Assembly (NCBI GenBank): GCA_946629545.1
Contig: CAMOXZ010000001.1
Location: 1-50,186, forward strand
DNA from: an uncultured Bacillales bacterium
Lineage (GTDB): Bacteria > Bacillota_I > Bacilli_A > RF39 > UBA660
DNA: 50,186 nucleotides
Reading direction: 5' to 3'
A program made the position numbers and the translations under genes. Below are positions 9,600 to 18,964 of the stretch, one piece after another; positions within the stretch are counted from its first letter, which is position 1, and the number at the start of each line of letters is the position of its first letter. Below the pieces are notes generated by a model. That model saw nothing but the letters and a program-made list of their open reading frames with translations, made no database searches and had not been told where the DNA came from.

Positions 9600-9616
9600 A
9601 TGCTTGAGGTGGTTTT

Positions 9617-10537
9617 ATGGAATATATGACAACAAAAGAGGCTGTGAAGAAGTGGAATATTAGTGAAAGAAGAATAAGACAATTATTGAATGAATCTAGA
9701 ATAGAAGGGGCTATAAAGATTGGTAATAGTTGGAATATTCCAATTGATGCAGATAAGCCTATTGATAAAAGAAGTACGAGTATTGGCAATATTAAATTTG
9801 GGATAAATGATGATTATTTTGAGAGGGTGGAAAAGTTACTCATAGAATATAGAACTAAGATGAATGAATCTAGTAATAGTGTTAAGTCATTACAAAATGC
9901 GATTAACTTAGAATGGACATATAATAGTAATGGTATAGAGGGTAATACTTTAACATTGCGTGAGACTCAAGTTGTTTTAGAAGGAATTACTATTGGAGGT
10001 AAAACTCTAAAAGAACATTTAGAGGTAATTAATCATGATAAAGCTATTTTATTATTAGAAGATATAGTTAAGGATAAGGAACCTATAAGTGAGTGGAATA
10101 TTAAATGTATTCATGGATTAATATTAAGAGAAATAGATGATAAGAATGCGGGTAAATATAGAGAAGAGAATGTTATTATAAAGGGAGCTAAGCATATACC
10201 TCCTAATCATCTTATTGTTCATGAATTAATGGAAAAATTAATAATAAATTATGGTAGTTGGAAGAAATATCATCCTATTATAAGAGCTTCTTTATTACAT
10301 GGAGAATTAGTTAAAATACATCCATTTATTGATGGTAATGGTAGAGTTTCTAGATTAGTTATGAATTTATCACTTATGAATAGTGGTTATCTTCCAGTTA
10401 TTATTAAAAAAGATACGAGATTAGAGTATTATAATGTATTAGATAAAGCTCATACTACTGGTGATTATACGGAGTTTATTAAATTAATAAATGATCTTGA
10501 GATAGAGATGTTAAGTAAGTATTTGGAATTATTATAA
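9617..10537 (+). CDS. Fic-domain protein with an N-terminal excisionase/MerR-like HTH (class II Fic with an N-terminal inhibitory motif)
   Basis: Fic motif HPFIDGNGRVSR. Inhibitory-helix motif S-NGI-E-G (SNGIEGN) fits (S/T)xxxE(G/N). The N-terminus MTTKEAVKKWNISERRIRQLL resembles an HTH. Confidence 0.85.
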   Translation: MEYMTTKEAVKKWNISERRIRQLLNESRIEGAIKIGNSWNIPIDADKPIDKRSTSIGNIKFGINDDYFERVEKLLIEYRTKMNESSNSVKSLQNAINLEWTYNSNGIEGNTLTLRETQVVLEGITIGGKTLKEHLEVINHDKAILLLEDIVKDKEPISEWNIKCIHGLILREIDDKNAGKYREENVIIKGAKHIPPNHLIVHELMEKLIINYGSWKKYHPIIRASLLHGELVKIHPFIDGNGRVSRLVMNLSLMNSGYLPVIIKKDTRLEYYNVLDKAHTTGDYTEFIKLINDLEIEMLSKYLELL

Positions 10538-10538
10538 A

Positions 10539-10568
10539 AGTCTTAAAGTAATGTTTAAGACTTTTTTT
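10539..10568 (+). terminator. Intrinsic terminator
   Basis: Stem agtcttaaa/tttaagact with loop gtaatg, followed by a T-run. Confidence 0.75.
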
Positions 10569-10590
10569 CATATAATATATTGGTGATTAT

Positions 10591-11241
10591 ATGAAATATA
10601 CTGTTAAAAAAGGTGATACTTTATGGGGTATTAGTAATCAATATGGGGTTAATGTTAGTGATTTAGCTAGTTTGAATGGAGTTAGTGCTGATACTTTAAA
10701 AGTAGGTATGGTTTTAATTATACCTAGTGTTGGTGGTAATAATCCAGATAATATGTTTATGTATACTGTTAAAAAAGGGGATAGTTTATGGAGTATTTCT
10801 AAAATATATGGAACTAGTGTAGAAGAGATTAAAAGAATTAATTATCTAACTAACAATACTTTATATATAGGACAAGTTCTTAGAATACCAGAAATGTATA
10901 CAAAGGAAGAAGATATGGTAGTACCTAGTTATATAAATTATAAAGTAGTTAGTGGAGATACTTTATATAGTATAGCTAAGAAATATGGGGTTAGTATTGA
11001 TACTATTGTGAGTGATAATGCTTTGAAAAATAATATTTTAAGTATTGGTCAGAATCTAAAAATTAGAGTTTCTGGAGGAGTTATTGAAGAGTGTTTTGGG
11101 GAAGAAAATAATTATACTGTAGTTAAGGGAGATACTTTGTATTCTATAGCTAGGAAGTTTAATACTACTGTGGATAAAATAAAGAAAAAGAATAATCTTG
11201 TGGATAATACTTTAAGTATTGGACAAATATTAAATATATAG
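10591..11241 (+). CDS. Protein with four LysM repeats and no signal peptide
   Basis: Four copies of Y.V(K/V).GD(T/S)L(W/Y)(G/S)I(S/A)......(V/I)...N.L....L..GQ.L.I. The N-terminus begins directly with a LysM repeat. Confidence 0.85.
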   Translation: MKYTVKKGDTLWGISNQYGVNVSDLASLNGVSADTLKVGMVLIIPSVGGNNPDNMFMYTVKKGDSLWSISKIYGTSVEEIKRINYLTNNTLYIGQVLRIPEMYTKEEDMVVPSYINYKVVSGDTLYSIAKKYGVSIDTIVSDNALKNNILSIGQNLKIRVSGGVIEECFGEENNYTVVKGDTLYSIARKFNTTVDKIKKKNNLVDNTLSIGQILNI

Positions 11242-11249
11242 GAGGATAT

Positions 11250-11618
11250 ATGAATATAGAAGAGTTTAAGAAAAGTAGTGAATATGCTTTATTTATAAGG
11301 GAAAATAGTGGTATTGGTAGATTAAAAATAAGAGCATATGCAGCTAGTGAAGCACTACCAGTAAGTGGTTTAAATATTATAGTTAGTAGTGTTGTTTCTG
11401 GTATGAAAATTATTTTTTATAGTGGTGTTACTGATAGTAGTGGAATTATAGATACTTTGGAATTACCATGTCCTAAATTATTATCTAATTTAGAGATACC
11501 CAAGACTATTAAATATGATATAGAGGTAGTTGGGGGTAATACTTTTAGTATTAATATGTATGATGGTGTTTGTGTAGTACAAAATATTAATTATACTGGT
11601 GATATTTATGGCAATTAG
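11250..11618 (+). CDS. 122-aa protein resembling the N-terminal pre-region of the spore cortex-lytic enzyme SleC
   Basis: The position and beta-rich pattern (GRLKIRAY...LPVSGLNIIV...TDSSG...LELP) resemble my recollection of clostridial SleC N-termini. It ends 20 nt inside the next ORF. Confidence 0.5.
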   Translation: MNIEEFKKSSEYALFIRENSGIGRLKIRAYAASEALPVSGLNIIVSSVVSGMKIIFYSGVTDSSGIIDTLELPCPKLLSNLEIPKTIKYDIEVVGGNTFSINMYDGVCVVQNINYTGDIYGN

Positions 11619-12942
11619 ATATCCTGTAGTACCTAAAAATATTACTGTTCATTTAGGTAAACCTAGTGATAATAGTGATAATATTACTATTAGTTTTATA
11701 GATTATATTTCTAATGTAGCTTGTAGTGAAATATATCCTACATGGCCAATTGAAGCATTAAAAGCTAATATTTATAGTATTATTAGTTTTACTATGAATA
11801 GAGTTTATAATGAATGGTATAGAAGTAAAGGATATAGTTTTGATATTACTAGTAGTAGTGTGTATGATCAAGCTTTTGTATTAAATAGAAGTACATATGA
11901 AAATATTAATAATATAGTAGAAGAAATATTTAATAATTATATAGTTAAAGGTAATGGAATAGAACCTTATTTTACAACGTATTGTGATGGTAGAAATACT
12001 ACTTGTAATGGACTAAGTCAATGGGGGACTGTGTCTTTAGCTAATAGTGGTAAGAATTATTTGGAGATACTTAGATATTATTATGGAAGTGATATTAGTA
12101 TTAAATATAATGCCGAAGTAGGAGATGTAGTAGGTTATCCTGGTTATGTTGTAGGACTTGGTAGTGCTGGTAATCCAGTTCTTGCGATACAAAGAGATTT
12201 AAGAAGAATTCGTAAGAATTATCCTGCTATACCTAATATTACTAGTACTTTAGGAATATATGATGAAGAAACTAAGAATGCTGTTAAGAAGTTTCAAGAA
12301 ATATTTTCTTTACCTATTACTGGTAGTGTAGATAAAGCTACTTGGTATAAGATTAAATATATTTATACTAGTGTTAAGAAGTTGTCGGACTTATATTCTG
12401 AAGGATTAAGTAAAGATGAAGCTACTTTTTTATATGAAGATGAATTAAATTATGGGGATACTGGTATAGAGGTTGAATATATACATTATTTCTTAGATGC
12501 AATAGCTTTTTTAGATCCTGATATTCCAAGACTTAAGACTAATTCTATATATAATGATAATAGTATTACGATGGTTAAGGCATTTCAAAAGAAATATGGT
12601 CTTCCTATTACAGGAGTATTTACTTATAGGGATTGGAATAAATTAAAAGAAGTGTATGATAAGATTTTAAAAAATCTTGATAATGAATTTGTTTCTGACT
12701 TATATCCGGATAATTTTTTAAGTACTGGTAGTAGTGGTGAAGATGTGGTTAAATTTCAAAGATATTTATTAAGTATTTGTAGGTATGATCATTCTATACC
12801 TGGTGTTAGAGTTAATGGGGTATTTGATGATTTAACTAGAAAAAGTGTATTAAAACTACAAAGAGATTTTGGATTAGAAGAGAATGGGGTTGTAGGACCA
12901 GTATTATGGAAAAAAGTAGTAGAATTATCTAAAAGAAATTAA
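11599..12942 (+). CDS. sleC: SleC-like spore cortex-lytic enzyme: catalytic region plus three PG_binding_1-type repeats
   Basis: YISNVACSEIYPTWPIEALKANIYSIISFTMNRVYNEWYRSKGYSFDITSS closely parallels the remembered SleC core (KNVACSEIYSTWP...ISFTLNRVYTEWYRGKGYNF). Three repeats of the ...VK.FQ...GLP.TG.....W type follow. The start could be GTG 11599 or ATG 11608. Confidence 0.75.
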   Translation: MIFMAIRYPVVPKNITVHLGKPSDNSDNITISFIDYISNVACSEIYPTWPIEALKANIYSIISFTMNRVYNEWYRSKGYSFDITSSSVYDQAFVLNRSTYENINNIVEEIFNNYIVKGNGIEPYFTTYCDGRNTTCNGLSQWGTVSLANSGKNYLEILRYYYGSDISIKYNAEVGDVVGYPGYVVGLGSAGNPVLAIQRDLRRIRKNYPAIPNITSTLGIYDEETKNAVKKFQEIFSLPITGSVDKATWYKIKYIYTSVKKLSDLYSEGLSKDEATFLYEDELNYGDTGIEVEYIHYFLDAIAFLDPDIPRLKTNSIYNDNSITMVKAFQKKYGLPITGVFTYRDWNKLKEVYDKILKNLDNEFVSDLYPDNFLSTGSSGEDVVKFQRYLLSICRYDHSIPGVRVNGVFDDLTRKSVLKLQRDFGLEENGVVGPVLWKKVVELSKRN

Positions 12943-12996
12943 TGTATAAATAATAGTTTTTTGTATCATAACTTTTATGAATAAAGACAAGTTAAT

Positions 12997-13025
12997 TTGA
13001 CTTTGAAAAGTTAATATAGTAGAAT
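12997..13025 (+). promoter_or_regulatory. Sigma-A-type promoter TTGACT-17-TAGAAT
   Basis: Hexamers at 12997-13002 and 13020-13025. Confidence 0.55.
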
Positions 13026-13053
13026 AGTTTTTATTCGGGAGGATTTGAAACAC

Positions 13054-14061
13054 ATGAAAAAAACTGATTTACCCTCGAAGATAAGATTTTTATCTTTAGT
13101 AGGAATAGCTTTAATTATAATGGTAGGATGTTATGTATATCATAACTATTATACTTATAATAGTATTAAGGTAGTAGTTAAGAAAAATGCATCTATTGCC
13201 TATGGTAGTGCTAATTATAATTTAAGTGATTTAATCAAGAAGGTAGATGGGGAAATAGTATCAGTAAAGAATAGTATTGATACAACGGTTGAAGGAGAAC
13301 AAGAAGTAGTAGTTGAAGTTAAAAAGGATAATATAGTTAAAAATGTACCTATAGTATTAAATGTAGTTGATAATGAAGGACCTGTTATTACTCTTAAAGA
13401 AGAAAAGGTTACAATAACAGAGGGAGATGACTATGATTTAACTTGGAATGTAGCTTCTGTAATAGATGATGTAGATGGAGAAATGTATTATAATGGTGAA
13501 GTAAATGAAGAAAGCACTATGTATTATGATTTCTCATATAACTACGATGAAATAGACCATGTTGGGGAACATGAAGTAGTAGTAAATGCTAAAGATAGTA
13601 AAGGTAATACTAGTACTAAATCTTTTATTCTAAATGTAGAAGAAAGAAAGTATTATGCACCTGTTTATTATGATGCTCCTAGTAGTCAATATGGTGGAAG
13701 TGCAGTAGGTGTTGCTTATTCATTACTTGGTGCTCCATATATAGGTGGGGCTAATGGTCCATATGGATTTGACTGTAGTGGATTTGTACAATATGTTTAT
13801 TCTAGAGTAGGTGTTTATGTAACTAGAAGTACATGGTCACAAATGTATGATGGTGTAGGAGTTAGTTATAGTGCAGCTCAACCTGGAGATATTCTAGTAT
13901 GGGGTTATCCAGGAGGATATGCTACACATTCTGCATTATATGTAGGTAATGGTCAAATGATTCATGCAGCTAATCCAGGTACTGGAGTTATATTAAGTTC
14001 AGTGGATTATTGGTTAAGTGGATCTGGTACTACAATACTAGCAGTAAGAAGAGTTAATTAA
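13054..14061 (+). CDS. Membrane-anchored NlpC/P60 peptidoglycan endopeptidase with an Ig-like middle domain
   Basis: C-terminal GFDCSGFVQYVY...GDILVW...HSALYVG...IHA (Cys/His NlpC/P60 signature) and an N-terminal TM helix. ATG 13054 is preferred over the track's TTG 13045, which lies only 2 nt after the GGGAGG SD. Confidence 0.85.
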   Translation: MKKTDLPSKIRFLSLVGIALIIMVGCYVYHNYYTYNSIKVVVKKNASIAYGSANYNLSDLIKKVDGEIVSVKNSIDTTVEGEQEVVVEVKKDNIVKNVPIVLNVVDNEGPVITLKEEKVTITEGDDYDLTWNVASVIDDVDGEMYYNGEVNEESTMYYDFSYNYDEIDHVGEHEVVVNAKDSKGNTSTKSFILNVEERKYYAPVYYDAPSSQYGGSAVGVAYSLLGAPYIGGANGPYGFDCSGFVQYVYSRVGVYVTRSTWSQMYDGVGVSYSAAQPGDILVWGYPGGYATHSALYVGNGQMIHAANPGTGVILSSVDYWLSGSGTTILAVRRVN

Positions 14062-14118
14062 TAACTCTTTTTTTGTATATATTTATTTAATTTGGTTATC
14101 CTATTTCTAGGAGGTAAT

Positions 14119-14325
14119 ATGGAAACATTACAGAAAATTGCATTAGTAGTTACTATAATAGGTGCAGTTAATTGGGGATTAATAGGTTTATTTGATTTTG
14201 ATTTAGTTGCCTTACTATTTGGTGCAGGTTCTTTTCTTTCTAGAACGGTATATACATTAGTAGGAATAACTGGTCTTATTAATATAGGAATATTAATGAC
14301 TCATCTTGATTATAAAAGAGACTAA
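14119..14325 (+). CDS. DUF378-family small membrane protein
   Basis: IIGAVNWGLIGLFDFDLVALLFG motif. The AGGAGG SD lies 4 nt before ATG 14119, so the track start at 14092 is unlikely. Confidence 0.75.
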   Translation: METLQKIALVVTIIGAVNWGLIGLFDFDLVALLFGAGSFLSRTVYTLVGITGLINIGILMTHLDYKRD

Positions 14326-14364
14326 AAAGTCTTTTTTTTTGTTTGTAATTGTGATAAATTAATA

Positions 14365-16617
14365 GTGTTGGGGGGCGTTTTCTTGAAGGATTATATTAAC
14401 TTTGTGTTGAGAAAAGAAAAGAAGCCGGTTGAAATAGAAAAATTATATAAAAAGATCGAAAAAATTAGGCAATTTGAAGATTCTACTTATTCTATAACTA
14501 CAGAAGATATTGAAGAGATAGATAGTATTCTTAGAAGAGGTATATCTGGGTTTGAGTATTATAAGACTCCTAATGGTAAATATACTCTTTTATCTAAAAC
14601 TTCATTTAGAAAAGGTAGATTCCATGGTAATCGTATAGGTGAAGGTTTTGTAGTATGTACTACTGCTTATACTAAAAAAGGTGGAGAAAGAGTAGTTAGA
14701 GAAGAAAAGTTTAGTGTTTCTAAGGATCAATGTAATAATGCTGTAGATGGAGATTTTGTATTAATAGATATTGGTGGTAATGGTAAAAAACCAAGTGTAG
14801 TTAAAATAATGGATAGAAATATAGGTAATATAGTAGGTGTAGTTACTAAGATAGGTACAAAGACTTATGTTAAACCTATAGATAAAAAGAAACAATTATT
14901 AACTATTGAATTAAATGAAGATATAGAAGATGAAAGTATTGTTTCTGTATCTTTAGATACTCTTAAAGATAATAATCATTATATAGGAAAAGTAGTAAGA
15001 GTGTTTAAACATGCTAATGGGGCTCATTCAGGGGCTTTATTTGAAGCATTTAAATGTGGTATGCCTGAAGGTTTTAGTGAAGCTAGTATGAAACAACTAG
15101 AATTAATTCCTGATGTGGTTAGAGAAGAAGATAAGAAGTTTAGATATAATTTTACTGATAAAGAGATATTCTCTATAGATGGTAAGGATACTAAAGATAA
15201 AGATGATGCTATATCACTTAGAATACTTTCTAATGGTAATTATTTATTAGGAGTTCATATTGCTAATGTAACGCATTATGTTAAACCAGGTACTCCTATA
15301 GATAAGGATGCTTTTAGAAAAGGAACTAGTTATTACTTTGCTGGTTTAGTAGAACCACAACTTCCACCTAAACTTAGTAATGGTATTTGTTCTTTAAATG
15401 AAGGTGTTGAAAGATTAACTATATCTATATTAATGGAATATGATAAGAATGGTAATATAGTTAGTAGATCATTAGTACCTAGTGTTATTAAATCTAGAAA
15501 AAGTATGGTTTATGATGAAGTTAATGATTTATTACGTGGTAAAGAAGTAGAAGGATATATGCCTTTTAAGTATACTTTACAAAAGATGAATGATTTAGCT
15601 TATATTTTTAGAAAAAAACGTATATTAGATGGAGCTATTATTTTTAATAAACCAGAATTAACATTTATTAGAGATGATATGGGAGTTCCTATAACTACGT
15701 CTTTAAGATGTGAAAATATGGCTGATATGATAATAGAAGAGTTTATGTTAGCTGCTAATAAAAATGTAGCTGAGATATTTGAAGAAAATAATATACCTTG
15801 TGTATTAAGAGTACATGATGCACCTAATTGTGATAAACTTGGTGAATTCTTAAGATTATTAGAGGCTATTAATATGCCATTTGAATATAGTGTTGAAGAT
15901 ATTCTTAAAGATAAACAAGTATTACAATTATTAGCATTACATATTAATAAGAATCCTATGTATGCACCTATGTTAAACACTAATTTAGTTAGATGTATGT
16001 CTCATGCAGCATATAGTACTAATAATATAGGACATTATGGTGTTGGATTTTCTATATATTCTCATTTTACTTCTCCTATTAGAAGATTAGCTGATTTATC
16101 TCTTCATAGGGAAATAGAAGAATGTATTTTTGAGAGAAATTCTAATGTTAGAGAAAAAAATATTAAGAAGTGGGCAAATTTAGCTGATGATTATGCTCTT
16201 CAAGCTACTAAAATGGAACGTGTTGAAGAAGATGTAGAGAAGAATGTATTATATATGGAAATGGCTGCTTATTTGAATGAATTCATAGGTCAAGAGTTTG
16301 AAGGTACTGTAGTTACTTTAAGTAATAATGGTATTTGTGTACAATTAGATAATTTACTAGAAGGAAAAGTAAGAAGTCGTCATTTACCAGGAGAATATGT
16401 TTATAATCCACAAACATTTACTTTATTATCTATGGAGAATAAAGGTAATTATTATGTAGGAGACAGATTAAAATTAAAATTAATTGATACATCAACTGAT
16501 ACTAAGTCAGTAGACTTTATAGTATTAGAAAAAATAAAAGAAAATACTATTAAAGATAAACATCATTCTAATGAATATGTTAAATCAAAAGTACAAGATA
16601 GAAAGACTTTGTTATAA
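14365..16617 (+). CDS. rnr: Ribonuclease R (RNB domain plus C-terminal S1 domain)
   Basis: IDGKDTKDKDDA, HYGVGFSIYSHFTSPIRRLADL and a C-terminal S1-like EFEGTVVTLSNNGICVQL. The start is uncertain (GTG 14365 or TTG 14383). Confidence 0.9.
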   Translation: MLGGVFLKDYINFVLRKEKKPVEIEKLYKKIEKIRQFEDSTYSITTEDIEEIDSILRRGISGFEYYKTPNGKYTLLSKTSFRKGRFHGNRIGEGFVVCTTAYTKKGGERVVREEKFSVSKDQCNNAVDGDFVLIDIGGNGKKPSVVKIMDRNIGNIVGVVTKIGTKTYVKPIDKKKQLLTIELNEDIEDESIVSVSLDTLKDNNHYIGKVVRVFKHANGAHSGALFEAFKCGMPEGFSEASMKQLELIPDVVREEDKKFRYNFTDKEIFSIDGKDTKDKDDAISLRILSNGNYLLGVHIANVTHYVKPGTPIDKDAFRKGTSYYFAGLVEPQLPPKLSNGICSLNEGVERLTISILMEYDKNGNIVSRSLVPSVIKSRKSMVYDEVNDLLRGKEVEGYMPFKYTLQKMNDLAYIFRKKRILDGAIIFNKPELTFIRDDMGVPITTSLRCENMADMIIEEFMLAANKNVAEIFEENNIPCVLRVHDAPNCDKLGEFLRLLEAINMPFEYSVEDILKDKQVLQLLALHINKNPMYAPMLNTNLVRCMSHAAYSTNNIGHYGVGFSIYSHFTSPIRRLADLSLHREIEECIFERNSNVREKNIKKWANLADDYALQATKMERVEEDVEKNVLYMEMAAYLNEFIGQEFEGTVVTLSNNGICVQLDNLLEGKVRSRHLPGEYVYNPQTFTLLSMENKGNYYVGDRLKLKLIDTSTDTKSVDFIVLEKIKENTIKDKHHSNEYVKSKVQDRKTLL

Positions 16618-16629
16618 GTCTTTTTTTTA
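16602..16629 (+). terminator. Intrinsic terminator overlapping the rnr stop codon
   Basis: Stem aaagactt/aagtcttt followed by T9. Confidence 0.7.
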
Positions 16630-16640
16630 TTATTCTTGGG

Positions 16641-16669
16641 TTGATAAATTTCTTATAAAATGATAGAAT
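16641..16669 (+). promoter_or_regulatory. Sigma-A promoter TTGATA-17-TAGAAT with an extended -10 TG
   Basis: Hexamers at 16641-16646 and 16664-16669, with TG at 16661-16662. Confidence 0.55.
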
Positions 16670-16717
16670 TATATTACATATGGGGTTAGTTAGAAAACTA
16701 GGTTAGGAGATGACGAG

Positions 16718-17554
16718 ATGTCGATAAATTTTACAGATATTTTAAATGTACTAAGAAAATTAGTTGATATTTCTTTAGTATGGTTTATATTTTATTATAT
16801 ATTAAAGAATATTAAGAATAATGTTAAATTATCTTTAATATTTAAAGGAGTAGCATTTGTAATTATATTAAGAATTATAAGTGATTGGTTAGGATTTATA
16901 ACAGTAGGATACTTACTTGATTATATTATTCAATGGGGACCTGTTGCATTAATAATTATATTCCAACCTGAAATTAGAAATATTCTTGAACAATTAGGTA
17001 GAAGTCAATTACTTGGAAGACATAAAGTATTAACAGTTGATGAAAGAGAAAGAATGGTTTATGAAATGGTTAATGCTATTGATTATCTTCGTAAAGAGAG
17101 AATTGGAGCATTAATAGTGATTGAAAGAGATATAAGTTTAGGTAATTATATAGATAAAGCTAAGAAATTATATGCAGATTTATCTAGTGACTTATTAATA
17201 GCAATATTCTATGAAGGTAATCCATTACATGATGGTGGAGTTATCATTCAAGGAGATAGAATTACTTGTGCTGGAGCAGTATTCCCAACAAGTAATAGTT
17301 CTAAAATCAATAGACGTTTAGGTACTCGTCATAGAGCAGCTTTAGGTGTTGCAGAGGAAACTGATGCAATATGTATAGTTGTTTCTGAAGAGACTGGTCG
17401 AGTTTCTATAGCATTAAAGGGAGAAATGCTATATAACTTAACAATCGATGACGTTAGAATGATGTTAATCGATGAGTTAAGACCTAAAAATGAAGTTGAA
17501 TTAGAAGACGAAGAAGAAGTTAAAGAGGAAGAGATTTATGAAGAAGATAGGTAA
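16718..17554 (+). CDS. cdaA: Diadenylate cyclase CdaA (DisA_N domain, three N-terminal TM helices)
   Basis: LHDGGVII and GTRHRAALG motifs. Confidence 0.9.
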   Translation: MSINFTDILNVLRKLVDISLVWFIFYYILKNIKNNVKLSLIFKGVAFVIILRIISDWLGFITVGYLLDYIIQWGPVALIIIFQPEIRNILEQLGRSQLLGRHKVLTVDERERMVYEMVNAIDYLRKERIGALIVIERDISLGNYIDKAKKLYADLSSDLLIAIFYEGNPLHDGGVIIQGDRITCAGAVFPTSNSSKINRRLGTRHRAALGVAEETDAICIVVSEETGRVSIALKGEMLYNLTIDDVRMMLIDELRPKNEVELEDEEEVKEEEIYEEDR

Positions 17555-18893
17555 AGGTATAGTAAGATTTTTTAGAAATATTCTATTATTCTTCGATAAA
17601 TGGTTAATAACTCCCTTAACTAAATTAATATTAAAAATAATGAGACTTTTAAAAGATTTAACTAAGAATTTTGATAAAGTTTCAAGTAAAAAATCAACTT
17701 TATTAATAATAAGTTTATTACTTGCATTTATTGTATTTATTATAATAGATCAAGAATCTAATATAATGATAGATCAATATGCAGAAATATTACCAAATCA
17801 ACCTGTAAGTGCTGTATATAATGAAGAATTATATGTAGTAGAAGGTTTACCTAAAGAAGTAGATATTACATTAATTGGTCAAAGAAGACATATCTTCTTA
17901 GCTAAACAATCTCCTTCTAAAGGTGTTAGTGTTGATTTAACTGGTTTAAAACCTGGTAATCATAGAGTTACATTAAAGTATACTCAAAGACTTAGATCAT
18001 TAGATTATAAACTAGATCCATCTCAAGTTACAGTTACTATTTATGAAAAAGTTAGTCAAAATAGAACTTTAACTTATGATGTATTACATCAAGAAGCATT
18101 AGATACTAAGTTATATATTAGTAATGCTGAAATTGATAGAAGTGAAGTAATCATTAAAGGTGCAGAATACATGCTAAATGATGTAGCAAGTGTTAAAGCA
18201 TTAATTGATGTTAGAAATATTCCAAATCCTAAGGCAGGAGAAATTACTGTTAAGGATATACCTTTAGTTGCATATAATAATGATGGTAAGGTTTTAGATG
18301 TAGAAATAGTACCTAAAACTGTTGCAGCTAATGTAACTATTACTTCTCCAAGTAAAGAAGTACCAATTAGAATTATACCTAAAGGTAACTTGGCATTTGG
18401 TAAATCTATTAAATCAATGGATGCTAATATATCTAAGATTACTGTATATGGTGCACAAGAAGCTGTAGAAAAACTTGAACAATTAGAAGTAGAAATTGAT
18501 GTTAAAGGATTAGATAGAGATAAAGAATTTAACGTTACTGTAAAAAGACCTAAGGGCATTACAGAAGTATCTAATAAAACTATGACTATTAAAGTTACAG
18601 TTGATAATTCTTCTAGTAAAGAAATTGAAAATATACCTGTAGGTGCTGAAAACTTAGCTTCTAACTTAAAAGTTCAAGCATTAAGTGAATCAGATAGAGC
18701 TGTTACTGTAGTAGTTAAAGGTAGTGAAGACGCTATTAAAGATATAACTGCTAATGATATTACTGCTTATGTAGATTTAACTAACTATGGTGTTGGAGAA
18801 CATGAAGTAGAAGTTAAAGTTACTGGAACTGATTTAAAACTTGCTTATGGTTCTAAGACTAAGAAAATAAAGGTAAGAATTACACAAAAATAG
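17538..18893 (+). CDS. cdaR: CdaR (YbbR-repeat regulator of CdaA)
   Basis: 17-nt overlap with cdaA, an N-terminal TM helix, and repeated YbbR-like beta-rich modules (...VTV.Y..., ...V.V.V.G...). Confidence 0.8.
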   Translation: MKKIGKGIVRFFRNILLFFDKWLITPLTKLILKIMRLLKDLTKNFDKVSSKKSTLLIISLLLAFIVFIIIDQESNIMIDQYAEILPNQPVSAVYNEELYVVEGLPKEVDITLIGQRRHIFLAKQSPSKGVSVDLTGLKPGNHRVTLKYTQRLRSLDYKLDPSQVTVTIYEKVSQNRTLTYDVLHQEALDTKLYISNAEIDRSEVIIKGAEYMLNDVASVKALIDVRNIPNPKAGEITVKDIPLVAYNNDGKVLDVEIVPKTVAANVTITSPSKEVPIRIIPKGNLAFGKSIKSMDANISKITVYGAQEAVEKLEQLEVEIDVKGLDRDKEFNVTVKRPKGITEVSNKTMTIKVTVDNSSSKEIENIPVGAENLASNLKVQALSESDRAVTVVVKGSEDAIKDITANDITAYVDLTNYGVGEHEVEVKVTGTDLKLAYGSKTKKIKVRITQK

Positions 18894-18917
18894 GAATTGG
18901 AAACAATTCCTTTTTTT
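18893..18917 (+). terminator. Intrinsic terminator
   Basis: Stem ggaattg/caattcc with loop gaaa, followed by T7. Confidence 0.8.
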
Positions 18918-18964
18918 ATGTATAAAATATTATTTTTCTCATATTATTTAGTACGAGGTGGAAT

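Noticed and set aside
10581-10597. The 17-mer TTGGTGATTATATGAAA recurs at 10581, 39109 and 49167.
   Set aside because: It is just a shared GGTGAT Shine-Dalgarno variant (complementary to the 16S 3' end) with identical spacing to ATG-AAA. The flanks are unrelated, so it is not a mobile or regulatory repeat.
16718-18917. cdaA-cdaR is not followed by glmM, and rnr is not followed by smpB, unlike the common Firmicute arrangements.
   Set aside because: This is a real observation, but gene-order variation of this kind is common. Clean terminators follow both genes, and nothing in the sequence suggests a functional consequence.
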